This document shows, piece after piece, positions 55,706-64,000 of a stretch of DNA of 64,000 bases. The DNA lies in the NCBI GenBank assembly GCA_963838775.1, contig CAWISP010000034.1, forward strand, positions 13,689 through 77,688, written 5' to 3'. Source of the DNA: an uncultured Acidimicrobiales bacterium. Its GTDB lineage: Bacteria > Actinomycetota > Acidimicrobiia > Acidimicrobiales > UBA8190. Made by a program: the position numbers and the translations under genes. The first letter of the stretch is position 1, and every line of letters starts with the position of its first letter. The notes below the pieces were generated by a model. The model did no database searches. It saw only the letters and a program-made list of their open reading frames with translations, and was not told where the DNA came from.

Positions 55706-56923
55706 GAGATCGCCCGTCGCGGCCCGCGTGGTGCCGTGTTCGTTGTAGGCGGCGATGACCGCTTCGGCCACGCGCCATTTGTGGATCTCGTCGGCGCCGT
55801 CGGCGAACCGGCTCCAGCGCGCCTGGAGGAGCATGTCCGACAGGGGCGAGTCCTTGGAGTAGCCGAGGGCGCCGTGGACCTGCACCGCCCGGTCCACCAC
55901 GCGCCACAGCGTGTTCGCCACGTGGTGCTTGGCCATCGACACCTCGGTGGTGAAAGGCAGCCTGTGCTCGATCCGGTAGGCGGCGTGCAGGACCATCAAC
56001 TTGGCCTGGTAGAGCTCGATCGCCGACTCGCTCACCAACCACTGGATGCCCTGCTTCTCCGACAGGAACGACCCGTGCGAATAGCGCTGGGTGGCCCTCG
56101 CCACCATGAGGTCGAGGGCGGTCTCGATCTGCCCGATCCAGCGCATGCAATGGGCGAGGCGCGCCGGTCCCAGGCGGTACTGCCCCAGTCGGTGGCCCTG
56201 GCCCCGGTCGCCCAGCCGGTTGGCGTCGGGCACCCGGAGGCCGTCGATCCTGATCTCACAGTGGTTGTGGCTCCCCGCCATCGTCTCCACGTCGCGCACG
56301 ATCTCCCAACCCGCCGACGGCACATCCACGATGAAGGCCGTGGTTGCCGCCTGCGGAACCTCGGGGTCGTCCTCGGTGCGGGCGAGCAGGATGGCGAAGC
56401 GCGCCCCGTGCGCGCCGCTGATGAACCATTTGTGCCCGTTGATCACCCACTCGTCGCCATCGGGCACGGCCCGGGTGCGCATGAGGGTCGGGTCCGAGCC
56501 CGCCACCTCCGGCTCGGTCATGGCGAAGCACGACCGCACCGTCCCTTCGCACATGGGCGCGAGGTACCGCTCCTTCTGGTCGTCGGTGCCCCAGTGCAAC
56601 AGGGTGTGCATGTTGCCCTCGTCGGGCGCGTAGCAGTTGACAACGTACGACGCCCAACGCGCCTTGGACGACTCGGCGGACACCGCCGCCAACGCCGTCG
56701 GGCCGAGGCCTGCCCCACCCCATTCCTTGGGCATGTGCGGCATCCACAGGTCGAGCTCACGGGCCCGGGCCCGGAGACGGTCGAGCTCGGCCCGCCAGTC
56801 GCCGCGACCCGAGCTCTCCTCGCTCAGGCGCTGCTCGGTGGGACGCACCTCTTCGTCGACGAAGGCCTGCATGCGCAGGCGGGCTTCTTCGACATCGGGC
56901 TCGAAGGTGAAGTCGATGGCCAT
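55697..56923 (-). CDS. Acyl-CoA dehydrogenase
   Basis: FAMTEPEVAGSDP, the GDEWVINGHKWFISGA motif and a C-terminal helical domain. ATG 56923 (MAIDFTFEPDVEE...) was chosen. Confidence 0.88.
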   Translation of the reverse strand: MAIDFTFEPDVEEARLRMQAFVDEEVRPTEQRLSEESSGRGDWRAELDRLRARARELDLWMPHMPKEWGGAGLGPTALAAVSAESSKARWASYVVNCYAPDEGNMHTLLHWGTDDQKERYLAPMCEGTVRSCFAMTEPEVAGSDPTLMRTRAVPDGDEWVINGHKWFISGAHGARFAILLARTEDDPEVPQAATTAFIVDVPSAGWEIVRDVETMAGSHNHCEIRIDGLRVPDANRLGDRGQGHRLGQYRLGPARLAHCMRWIGQIETALDLMVARATQRYSHGSFLSEKQGIQWLVSESAIELYQAKLMVLHAAYRIEHRLPFTTEVSMAKHHVANTLWRVVDRAVQVHGALGYSKDSPLSDMLLQARWSRFADGADEIHKWRVAEAVIAAYNEHGTTRAATGDLPL

Positions 56924-56983
56924 CGGCGCAGTCTTCCACCCCGGGACAGCCTCATCTCGCAACGACCACGGCATCCGTGACGT

Positions 56984-57847
56984 TCAATCGGGCGTGTCGT
57001 ACTCCGCCTGTTGCGCCCGCTGGTCCTGGGCCCGGGACTCCACGTTGCGTACGGCCGAGGCCACCACGTCGGGAGCGTCGCGGGGGACGAAATGCCCGGT
57101 ACGGGCGACGCTCACGAGCTCGCTGCCGGGGATCGACGCCGCGATGCTCGCCGACACCGACGGTGGCACCACGAGGTCCCACGTCCCCGAGATCACGACG
57201 GCGGGCACCCGCACCGAGCCGAGCGCGGCCTCGACGGCACCGATCTCGCGTACGAGGAACCGTTGCTCGGCCACGAAGCTCCTCCACACCTGTCGGCCCC
57301 GTTGCAACGAGACGCTGTCGTAGCGTTCATCGGGGAGGCTGGCCCGCAACCACGCCAGTGCGGCGTGATGCTGAGCCCCCACCAGATGACGGACGCGGGG
57401 AAGGAGCCGCGTCAAGGTGAACAGGCCCGCCGCGCTCAGAGCCTCTCCCATCAGCGGCGTGGCCAGGACGCGGTCGAGCATGTTGAGGCTGTTGGCGCGG
57501 CCGATCGAGCCGACCAGCACGAGACCCGCCACGAGCTCGGGGCGGCGCGCCACGAGCTCGATGGCCACCCCGCCCCCGTAGCTGTGGCCGACCACGGTGA
57601 CCGGCCCCGCGTCGCGCTCGGTGACCACATCGGCCAGGAGATCGGCGTTGCCGGCGATGCTGAAGGTCTCCTCGCCGCTGCGTCCGTAGCCGGGACGGTC
57701 GACGACGAGCACGCGGTGATCCTCCAAGCGCTCGACGACCGGGTCCCAGTCGCTGCCCAGTCCGGGTTGTCCGTGCACGAAGAGGACCGGGGCGCCCCGG
57801 CCGCGGTCAACGACGTACGGACGGCGCAAGGTGCTCGTCCCCGGCAT
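56984..57847 (-). CDS. Alpha/beta-fold hydrolase
   Basis: VLFVHGQPG, nucleophile elbow GHSYGG and a C-terminal GHF (His) motif. The start overlaps the 3' end of the kinase gene. Confidence 0.8.
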   Translation of the reverse strand: MPGTSTLRRPYVVDRGRGAPVLFVHGQPGLGSDWDPVVERLEDHRVLVVDRPGYGRSGEETFSIAGNADLLADVVTERDAGPVTVVGHSYGGGVAIELVARRPELVAGLVLVGSIGRANSLNMLDRVLATPLMGEALSAAGLFTLTRLLPRVRHLVGAQHHAALAWLRASLPDERYDSVSLQRGRQVWRSFVAEQRFLVREIGAVEAALGSVRVPAVVISGTWDLVVPPSVSASIAASIPGSELVSVARTGHFVPRDAPDVVASAVRNVESRAQDQRAQQAEYDTPD

Positions 57848-59458
57848 CGGGGCTCGTGGACGACGTGTCGGCGGCGAGCTCGGTGTCGGGTGCCGGAGGC
57901 GGTGGTCCTCCGGTGCCGTCGGAGTCGGCGACAGGGATCTCGATGATGAACACCGAACCGACACCGGGCGTGGAGTCGACGCGGGCGCTTCCACCGTGGG
58001 CTCCGGCCAGGGCGGCCACGATCGACAGTCCCAGTCCCGTGCCGTCCCCGGTGCGGGCCTCGCTGCCGCGGTAGAAGCGGTCGAAGACGTGGGCGGCCTG
58101 CTCCGCGTCGAGGCCGGGACCCTCGTCGGCGACCCGCACCACGGCGGTCGGGCCGTGACGGGCCACGTCCACGTGGACCGGGGTGGCCGCGGGCGTGTGC
58201 ACCACCGCGTTGTGGAGGAGGTTGTCGACGATCTGGCGCAGGCGGGCGCTGTCGCCGAGGACAAGGACGGGAGCGTCCATGGCGAGGGTGATGGGTCTCT
58301 CGGGGTCGTAGGTGCGCGTGGCATCCACGGCGTCGGCGACGATCCGGCCCAGATCCACGTTCTCGCGCGCCAGAGGACGGCCCTGATCGAGCCGGGCCAA
58401 CAAGAGCAGGTCCTGGACCAACAGGGCCATGCGTGCCGCCTCACCCTCGATGCGCTCGGCGGCGCGCCGGCGATCCTCCTCGGACTCGAAGGCTCCTTTG
58501 CGCAGGAGCTCGGCGTAGCCCCGGATCGAGGTCAGGGGTGTGCGCAGCTCGTGCGAGGCGTCGGCCACGAAGCGCCGCAGGCGCACCTCGGAAGATGTGC
58601 GCTCGCGGAAGGCGGCCTCGATCTGACTCAACATGCCGTTCAGCGCCACTCCCAGGCGACCGACCTCGCTGCGATCGTCGGTGCGCCTGATCCGTTGGGT
58701 GAGGTCGCCCCTGGCGATGGCCCCGGCCGTTTCGGTCATGTCATCGAGCGGGCGCATCCCCATGCGCACGATCCACAGCGTGAGCAGCAGCAGGGCGATC
58801 ATCACCGCGATCGACACCAAGAGCTCCACGTGCGTCAGCGAGGCGATCGTCTTGTCGGTCGGGTCGAGCGAGATGGCGGTGACGACGGTTCCCCCCGGGA
58901 CCGCGACGGCCTCGAGCCGGTACTGCTGCCCGTGCGACCCGACGGCGGGGACGTCGATCGCCCGCTCTCGGGTGCGTACGGACCGTGGTTGGTCCCGAAG
59001 ACGTGCGGTCTCGTGATGTGCTGGACGGGCAGGTCCCGCGGCAGCACGGGGGCGGGGTCGGGGTTGGCGGCCAGTCCCGAGGGCAGCCGGACCAGCACCG
59101 TGCCGGTCGTCGAGAGGACCTCGACGTAGGCGTCGGAGCTCAGCCGGTCGGCCAGCACGCTCCCGTTCAACCGCGGGTTCGGAGGTGGAGTGGCATTGAA
59201 CTTCGGCGGCGCCTTCGTGCTCAGCTCGGCCAGCCATTTGCCGGGGTCGGTGACCGGCGTCCGGTCCCCCGCCTTCAGGTCGCGCTCGTAGACCTGGGAG
59301 ATGTAGTTGTAGGCCTGGGTCTGCGAGGCGTCGATCTGTTCGTCGAGCCTTCCGATCAGAAACGACCGCAACGACGACGACGTCACGACGTCGGTCGTGA
59401 TGAGCGCCGCCACGAGCAGCAACATCATGCCCACCACGAGCCGGCGCCGCAGCGACAC
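57807..59458 (-). pseudogene. Sensor histidine kinase with an apparent 1-nt deletion in the sensor-domain region (about 58962-58972)
   Basis: TM1 and the extracytoplasmic region (MSLRRRLVVGMMLLLVAALITT...VFGTNHGPYAPE) are in the frame of track ORF 58835-59611. The continuation (RAIDVPAVGSHGQQYRLEAV..., TM2, HAMP, H-box SHELRTPLTSIRGYA, HATPase GTGLGLSIV) is in ORF 57807-59237. Confidence 0.8.
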
Positions 59459-59463
59459 CGTGA

Positions 59464-60159
59464 CTACTCTCGGTCGCGCGGGAGCCTGAGGCTGTAGCCC
59501 ACGCCGCGGATGGTGTGGATCAACGGCGGGTCCACACGGTCGATCTTCTTGCGCAGGTAGCTGATGTAGGTCTCGACGATGTTGGGGTCGCCGTCGAAGT
59601 CGTAGGTCCACACGTGATCCAGGATCTCACTCTTCGACAGCACCCGACGGGCATTCTCGAGCATGTACCGCAGAAGGTTGAATTCCGTGGCGGTCAACTC
59701 GACGAGCGAGTCCTGGCGCCAGACCTCGTGGGTCTGGTCGTCCATCTCGAGGTCGGCGAACTTGAGCCGGTCGCTGTCGAGCGAAGGCGTGGTCCGGCGC
59801 AAGACGGCGTGGATGCGAGCCACGAGCTCGTCGAGGCTGAACGGCTTGGTCACGTAGTCGTCACCGCCGGCGGTGAGACCCCCCACCTTGTCCTCGGTGG
59901 CGTCGCGGGCCGTCAGGAACAGCACTGGCGTCCTGTTGCCCTGCTCCCGCATCCGGCGGCACACCTCGGTGCCGTCGACGTCGGGAAGCATGACGTCCAA
60001 AAGAACCAGGTCATGGTGGCCACGCCCGGCCAGCGTGATGGCGTCCCCGCCCGTGGCCGCGGTCTCCACGGCGAATCCCTCGAAGCGCAGGGCGGCGCCG
60101 AGGAGATCAGTGATGTAGGGCTCGTCGTCGACGACCAGGATCTTCGTGGGTGTGTTCAC
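59464..60159 (-). CDS. OmpR/PhoB-family response regulator
   Basis: ILVVDDEPYITDLL...LVLLDVMLPDVDG...GGDDYVTKPFSLDEL plus the winged helix LTATEFNLLRYML...IRGVGYSL. The kinase gene starts 5 nt downstream. Confidence 0.9.
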   Translation of the reverse strand: MNTPTKILVVDDEPYITDLLGAALRFEGFAVETAATGGDAITLAGRGHHDLVLLDVMLPDVDGTEVCRRMREQGNRTPVLFLTARDATEDKVGGLTAGGDDYVTKPFSLDELVARIHAVLRRTTPSLDSDRLKFADLEMDDQTHEVWRQDSLVELTATEFNLLRYMLENARRVLSKSEILDHVWTYDFDGDPNIVETYISYLRKKIDRVDPPLIHTIRGVGYSLRLPRDRE

Positions 60160-60210
60160 CCCTCCATGTTCTCAGATGGGGCGCCCGACCCGGAGGGCAC
60201 TGCGCCGCGG

Positions 60211-60970
60211 TTAGGCCGCCACCCCCGTCCGGGCACGGTGGCCGCCACCCTTGACCAGGACGAGCCCCGCCCGTTTGCATGCCCACCACGTCACGAGGAG
60301 CAGAGCCTCGACCACGATGTGCATCGACATCTTCGACTTGCCCTCCACCCGGTCCACGAACCGGATGGGCACTTCGGTCACCTGTCCCCCGTGCTGGAGG
60401 ACCTGGTACACCATCTCGATCTGGAACCCGTACCCCTCGGCACGCACCGCGTTGAGGTCGATGCGGCGCAGCGCATCGGCCCGGTAGGCCCGGAACCCCG
60501 AGGTCGAGTCGGTCACGTGCAGCCCGTAGCAGCATGGCAGCGTAGACGTTGCCACCCTGGGACAGCAGGCGGCGGTGCCAGCGCCAGTTGGGGATCGACC
60601 CGCCCGGGACGTAGCGCGACCCGATCACGAGGTCGACACCCTCGCGCAGTGGCGCGATCAGCGTGGGGAGCGCCTCGGGCTCGTGCGAAAGGTCGGCGTC
60701 CATCTCCACGAACGCCTCCCAGCCCCGTTCGAGGCCCCAGGCGAACCCGGCGCGGTACGCGCTTCCCAGACCGGACTTGGCGTGGCGCCGCAGGACGTCG
60801 ATGTTGCCGAGCTCGTCGCCGAGCTTCTCGGCCATGTCGGCGGTGCCGTCGGGACTGCCGTCGTCGACCACGAGCACCCCCGCGTCGGGCAGGGCGCCCC
60901 GGATGCGGTGCAGGACGTGGTCGATGTTCTCCGCTTCGTTGTACGTCGGCAGGACGACGAGGACGCGCAC
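60211..60970 (-). pseudogene. ppm1: Polyprenol-phosphate mannosyltransferase (GT2, Ppm1/DPM1-like) with an apparent 1-nt insertion near 60525-60528
   Basis: The N-terminal part VVLPTYNEAENI...VVDDGSPDGT...EMDADLSHEP...GSRYVPGG...LSQGGNVYAAMLL is in track ORF 60107-60970. The continuation GLHVTDSTSGFRAYR...GYGFQIEM...EVPIRFVDRVEGKSKMS is in ORF 60211-60555. Confidence 0.82.
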
Positions 60971-60979
60971 GACCGAAGC

Positions 60980-62153
60980 CTAGGGGACCGCGGTGGGTCC
61001 GCCAGTGGTTCCCACGATCTCCAATTGCGCCTCGGGAGCGCTCGAGTGCCACATCTCGCGCACGATCACCTGGATCGACCCGGCGATGGGGATGGCCAGC
61101 AGCGTGCCCACGAACCCCCCGAAGAACCCGCCCACCAGGTCGCCGACGTTGGCCCCCACCAGGATGGCGATGAGCACGAGGAGCGGGTTGATGCGCACGG
61201 TCCGGCTCATCACGATGGGATTGAGCACGTGGTTCTCGATCTGGGTGTAGGCGAGAAAGACCACGGCGAAGACGACGAAGGCGGTCACCGAGTGCGCCAG
61301 TGCGAACAAGGCGGTGGGCAGACCCGCCACCAGGCCGCCGATCATGGGCAGGAAGTCGAAGAGCGCCACCCACAGGGCCCACAACAGCGCGTAGGGCACC
61401 CCCAACGCCAACAAGGTCACGAAGACGACCACGCCGGCGATGACCGACGTGATGAAGTTCCCGAGCATGAACCCGGTCACCGACCGGTTGACCTCCCCGG
61501 CGACGCGTGTGAGCCGGGCGGCGCGTTGGGGGGCGATGAGCCGCAACAGCGCCGGCGCGTAGCTTGGGGCCCTCCAGCAACAGCAACAGCACCAGCATGA
61601 ACACCACGAACAGATCGAAGCCGAGGGCGAAGGCCCCGGCCCCGAGCTTCAACGCCGGCTTGGACAGGTTCTTGGCGTAGCTCTGGAGCTTGGGCAGGTT
61701 CTGTTGGACCCAGTGCTGCACGTGGTACTTGCGGACCAGACTCCCGATGTACCCCTTACCGTGCTCGGCACTCTTCACATAGCTGGGGAGCTTGGAGATG
61801 AGGTGGGTCAACCCGTTCGCCAACGGTGCGCCGAACGCATAGGCGAGGCCGGTGAACACGAGCACGGCGAACAGCGTCACGATGGCGACGGCATAGCCCC
61901 GGCGCGAGAGCCCCACCCGCTGCAACAGAACGACCAAAGGGTTGAGCAGCAGCGCGATGAACCCGGCCACGGCCATGAGCAGGATCACGTCGCGCAGCTT
62001 GTAGGCGATCTTTCCCGCCGCCAGGGTGGCGACCACCACGCCCACGGTGACGAGGATCGCTTGCAGGGGGACGCGTCGCTCGTCGGCCCACTCCCAGAGC
62101 CGCGTTCGCCTGGTCACCGGCGGTGCGGGCATCTCCGACATCGTCCCCAGCAT
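60980..62153 (-). pseudogene. AI-2E/PerM (UPF0118) family transporter with an apparent 1-nt insertion near 61545-61556
   Basis: The N-terminal TM helices, up to ...FMLVLLLLLEGPKLR, are in track ORF 60513-62153. The continuation LRLIAPQRAARLTRVAGEVNRSVTGFMLGNFITS...FDFLPMIGG...IENHVLNPIVMSR is in ORF 60980-61546. Confidence 0.8.
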
Positions 62154-62242
62154 GGCAGCCCCCGTCCCGGCGACCGCGGCACAACTCCGAGTCCGCCGCG
62201 CCGATCCGGATTGGCCCGTCTCGGGCCCTCTGACGTGGAAGC

Positions 62243-63364
62243 ATGGCTCGGATGCAGGCGGAGACGGAGGCCGCCCCCAGGCGGAGGCGGATGCGCAGAC
62301 AGGTCAAGTGGGGTCTCTACGCGGTCGGGCTCTTTCTCGTCCTCGAGTACCTCGTCCTGCCCCAGCTGGCGGGCGCACGCAAGTCGGTCAACCTCCTGGG
62401 CCGGATCAACTTCGCCTACGTCATCGCCGGTGTGATCCTCGAAGCTGCATCGCTCGTGTCCTACAGCCAGCTCACCCACACCGTGCTGCACAACGGTGGA
62501 CCGCCGCGATCGCGGCTGCTGCGGATCAACCTGTCGAGTCTGTCGGTGAGCCACATCGTACCGGGAGGCACGGCGCCGGGCACCGCCGTCGCCTTCCGCC
62601 TGCTCACGCAGTCGGGTGTGACGGGCGCCGACGCCGGCTTCGCCCTGGGCATGCAGGGCGTCGGCTCGGCGCTGGTCCTCAATTCGATCCTGTGGTTGGC
62701 CCTGCTCGTCTCGGTGTTCTTCCACGGGTACAACCCGCTCTACGCCGTGGCCGCCGGGGCGGGGGTCGTGCTCATGGGTCTGGTCGCCGGGCTCGTGCTG
62801 GCGCTCACGCGGGGGCGCCACCGCTCCATCGCGATCTGCCGTCGCTGGGCGGACCACATCCCCTTCCTGGACGGCGACAAGGTCGCCGTCCAGGCCCACC
62901 GGGTGGCCGAGCGTCTGGGCCAGTTCCTGGCCGAACCCCAGGTCCTGCTCCGGGCGGTCGCGTGGGCAGCGGCGTTCTGGTTGCTCGATGCGGCCTCGCT
63001 GTTCGTCTTCATCGCCGCGCTGGGGACGATCGTCTCCCCCATCGACCTACTGGTCGCCTACGGCCTGGCCCAGGTGCTCGCCGTGTTCCCGATCACGCCC
63101 TCGGGCCTCGGCGTGGTCGAAGGTGTCCTCATCTCCACCCTGAGCGGCTTCGGTGTCCCCCAGGAGACGGCCATCCTCGGCGTCCTGGGCTACCGCCTGG
63201 CCAACTTCTGGCTGCCCATCCCCGTCGGCGGCATCGCCTATCTGTCCCTGCGGTTCTCGGGGGAAGGGTGGTACCAACGCCTGCGTCGTGCCCGCGACGA
63301 GGTGGTGTCCCTCGACGACAACGGGGTGCTGCCGACCCCCGACGCCCTCTCCCCGGAGTGCTGA
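62243..63364 (+). CDS. UPF0104 / lysylphosphatidylglycerol-synthase-TM-region family membrane protein (flippase-like)
   Basis: 373 aa with about 8 TM helices. The motifs near VFPITPSGLGVVEG and GYRLANFWLPIPVGG are characteristic of this family. Confidence 0.7.
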   Translation: MARMQAETEAAPRRRRMRRQVKWGLYAVGLFLVLEYLVLPQLAGARKSVNLLGRINFAYVIAGVILEAASLVSYSQLTHTVLHNGGPPRSRLLRINLSSLSVSHIVPGGTAPGTAVAFRLLTQSGVTGADAGFALGMQGVGSALVLNSILWLALLVSVFFHGYNPLYAVAAGAGVVLMGLVAGLVLALTRGRHRSIAICRRWADHIPFLDGDKVAVQAHRVAERLGQFLAEPQVLLRAVAWAAAFWLLDAASLFVFIAALGTIVSPIDLLVAYGLAQVLAVFPITPSGLGVVEGVLISTLSGFGVPQETAILGVLGYRLANFWLPIPVGGIAYLSLRFSGEGWYQRLRRARDEVVSLDDNGVLPTPDALSPEC

Positions 63365-63416
63365 CCCCTCGATCGAAATCGAATCGGCCCTCGGCGGGAA
63401 GGGGCCCTCGGCGTGA

Positions 63417-64000
63417 TCAGCTGGTGGCGCCCAGGGTGTCGGCTTCGCGCCGGCGCCGGGCGCGATCCCGGGCCAGTTCCTGGAGCCGGCGCTGGGCGCT
63501 GATCCCCTCCACGGTGGGTACCCGCTCCCAGGTTCCGTTGACGCCGAGGACCCAGGAATTGGTGTCGTCGGCCAGGTTCAGGTCGAGCACCTCGAGCAGC
63601 CGGGCTTGGAGCTCGGGATCGAGGACCGGGACCAGGACCTCGATGCGGCGGTCGAGATTCCGCTCCATGAGGTCGGCCGACCCCATGAGCACGGTCAAGG
63701 GGCGGGTGCCCGTGCCCCCGAAGCGGTAGATCCGGGAGTGCTCGAGGAAGCGGCCCACGATTGACCTCACCCGGATGGTGTCGGACAGGCCCGGGACGCC
63801 GGGACGGAGGTTGCACACCCCGCGCACGACGAGGTCGATGGGAACGCCAGCCACCGAGGCGTGGTACAGCGAGTCGATCACGTCGGGGTCGGTGAGCCCG
63901 TTCACCTTGATGGCGATGCGACCCTCGGGCCCCGCCCTCGCCTCCTCCTCGATGAACTCGGTGATGCGCTGGCGCAACGCCATGGGCGCGACCACCAGCT
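63417..64000 (-). CDS. ppk: Polyphosphate kinase 1, C-terminal part (N-terminus beyond the right edge)
   Basis: C-terminal PLD-like domain motifs GRFLEHSRIY and GSADLMERNLDRRIEV. The frame remains open to nt 64000. Confidence 0.88.
   Translation of the reverse strand, partial: LVVAPMALRQRITEFIEEEARAGPEGRIAIKVNGLTDPDVIDSLYHASVAGVPIDLVVRGVCNLRPGVPGLSDTIRVRSIVGRFLEHSRIYRFGGTGTRPLTVLMGSADLMERNLDRRIEVLVPVLDPELQARLLEVLDLNLADDTNSWVLGVNGTWERVPTVEGISAQRRLQELARDRARRRREADTLGATS

Overview
This is a very GC-rich chromosomal segment. I read it as actinobacterial because it carries mycothiol synthase mshD, a PdtaR-type REC-ANTAR regulator next to polA and rpsA, an MMPL transporter and LAxTG-type sorting signals. 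A finer lineage cannot be set from the sequence alone.

Most of the window is core metabolism in tightly packed operons, many coupled by 4-nt ATGA/GTGA overlaps:
- a family-5 peptide/nickel ABC importer
- rpsA, polA, pdtaR and tRNA-Leu(CAA)
- a fabD-fabH-fabG-acpP-fabF fatty-acid synthesis operon
- an ABC1/UbiB kinase
- trpC-trpF-trpB-trpA
- cysD-cysN-cysC with divergent cysQ
- hisI-trpE-ygfZ
- hisD-hisC-hisB-hisH-hisA-hisF
- nth and mshD
- a lipid-metabolism and two-component cluster, and the 3' end of ppk1

I found no mobile elements, prophage genes, CRISPR arrays or rRNA.

The part not explained by housekeeping annotation is a family of predicted wall-anchored surface proteins.
- A 1,196-aa protein (50159-53749) is built from five copies of a roughly 190-236-aa two-cysteine module that I cannot assign to any named domain.
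- A single-module paralog (29113-30174) lies between a two-component system and a REC-GGDEF(degenerate)-EAL protein.
- A third secreted protein carries the same LA[F/S]TG sorting signal.

Other oddities:
- FabD is fused to a lysine-less biotinyl/lipoyl-like barrel.
- A stand-alone GroES-like protein ends in a Hb-Y-X-like tail.
- Several short tandem repeats lie in intergenic regions or in frame within genes.
- Six conserved genes (dppC-like, polA, trpF, a histidine kinase, ppm1-like, AI-2E transporter) each have a single-base frame break. These are either assembly indel errors or real decay.

Start codons are my best manual choices and may be off by a few codons.
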